A stretch of 64,000 bases of DNA from Saccostrea echinata (Eukaryota). Positions 63,537-64,000 of the stretch are shown one piece after another. Under the pieces are notes generated by a model that had not been told where the DNA came from, did not search any database, and saw nothing but the letters and a program-made list of their open reading frames with translations. The stretch lies in assembly GCF_033153115.1 (NCBI RefSeq), contig NW_026889760.1, positions 3,410,001-3,474,000 on the forward strand. The letters are read 5' to 3'. Positions within the stretch are counted from its first letter, which is position 1. Every line of letters starts with the position of its first letter. The position numbers and the translations under genes were made by a program.

Positions 63537-64000
63537 CTACAAACACAAGGACACATATTCTATCATCATTTGTTCCCTTTATCGAGAAGACAAACAGCAT
63601 ATGTTATATATACTCCTTATTCCTTAATCTCAAACCAGTTTCTTTATTTCAAACATGTTCTCCATCACTTGGCTCACAAAGAGATTTTGTATGTTGTCAT
63701 TAAATAATTTATCTTACATGTATAGTGTTTTATATATTTATTGCCTTACAGGCGTGGATATTTGCTTGATTAAGGTAGATATTGTATATGCTAAAATTTC
63801 GTGTACAATAAGTATTATAAGAATAGTACAAAACAGGTAGACCAAATTTTTTCTCATTTTAATTTGTTTTTAAACGTTCATATCAAATTCTTTTTTTGCA
63901 TAAAATGAAAAAAAAATTCATCCACACATTTTTTGCTACAAAGTTTAAAATATGACTTTTTTTCCTATAAGAAAACAATGAATTCAGAATGTGCATGATT

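Overview
AT-rich, repeat-dense eukaryotic scaffold with two N gaps (14145-14302, 47428-47559). The repeat families (Deu/Nin-core tRNA SINE, Penelope remnants, Helentron-type elements with satellite-like arrays) point to a bivalve, probably an oyster; this is an inference. The only host genes I can support form a minus-strand tandem array of multi-exon, single-pass membrane proteins: Cys-rich ectodomain, Ser/Thr stalk, TM helix, then a cytoplasmic STAND-class (nSTAND3-like) P-loop NTPase in one large exon. Gene B splices in frame from five GT-AG exons (53487-53337, 53164-53060, 52590-52560, 44354-44209, 38282-37126; 529 aa plus an unresolved N-terminus). Gene A shows its TM and NTPase exons (63536-63385, 62158-61023). 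Gene C shows three ectodomain exons (7626-6705) and probably continues left of the window. A frameshifted NTPase remnant lies at 12727-13161. The ~5 kb block 8220-13161 is duplicated at 14783-37552, where nested transposons inflate it to ~23 kb (Ginger-like, ISL2EU/PHIS with THAP-DDE and SWIM/YqaJ remnants, Kolobok-like, hAT MITE, SINEs). The compact copy preserves the empty insertion sites. No prokaryotic features, CRISPR array or convincing functional tRNA were found. All alignments were done by eye and family names were assigned without database searches.
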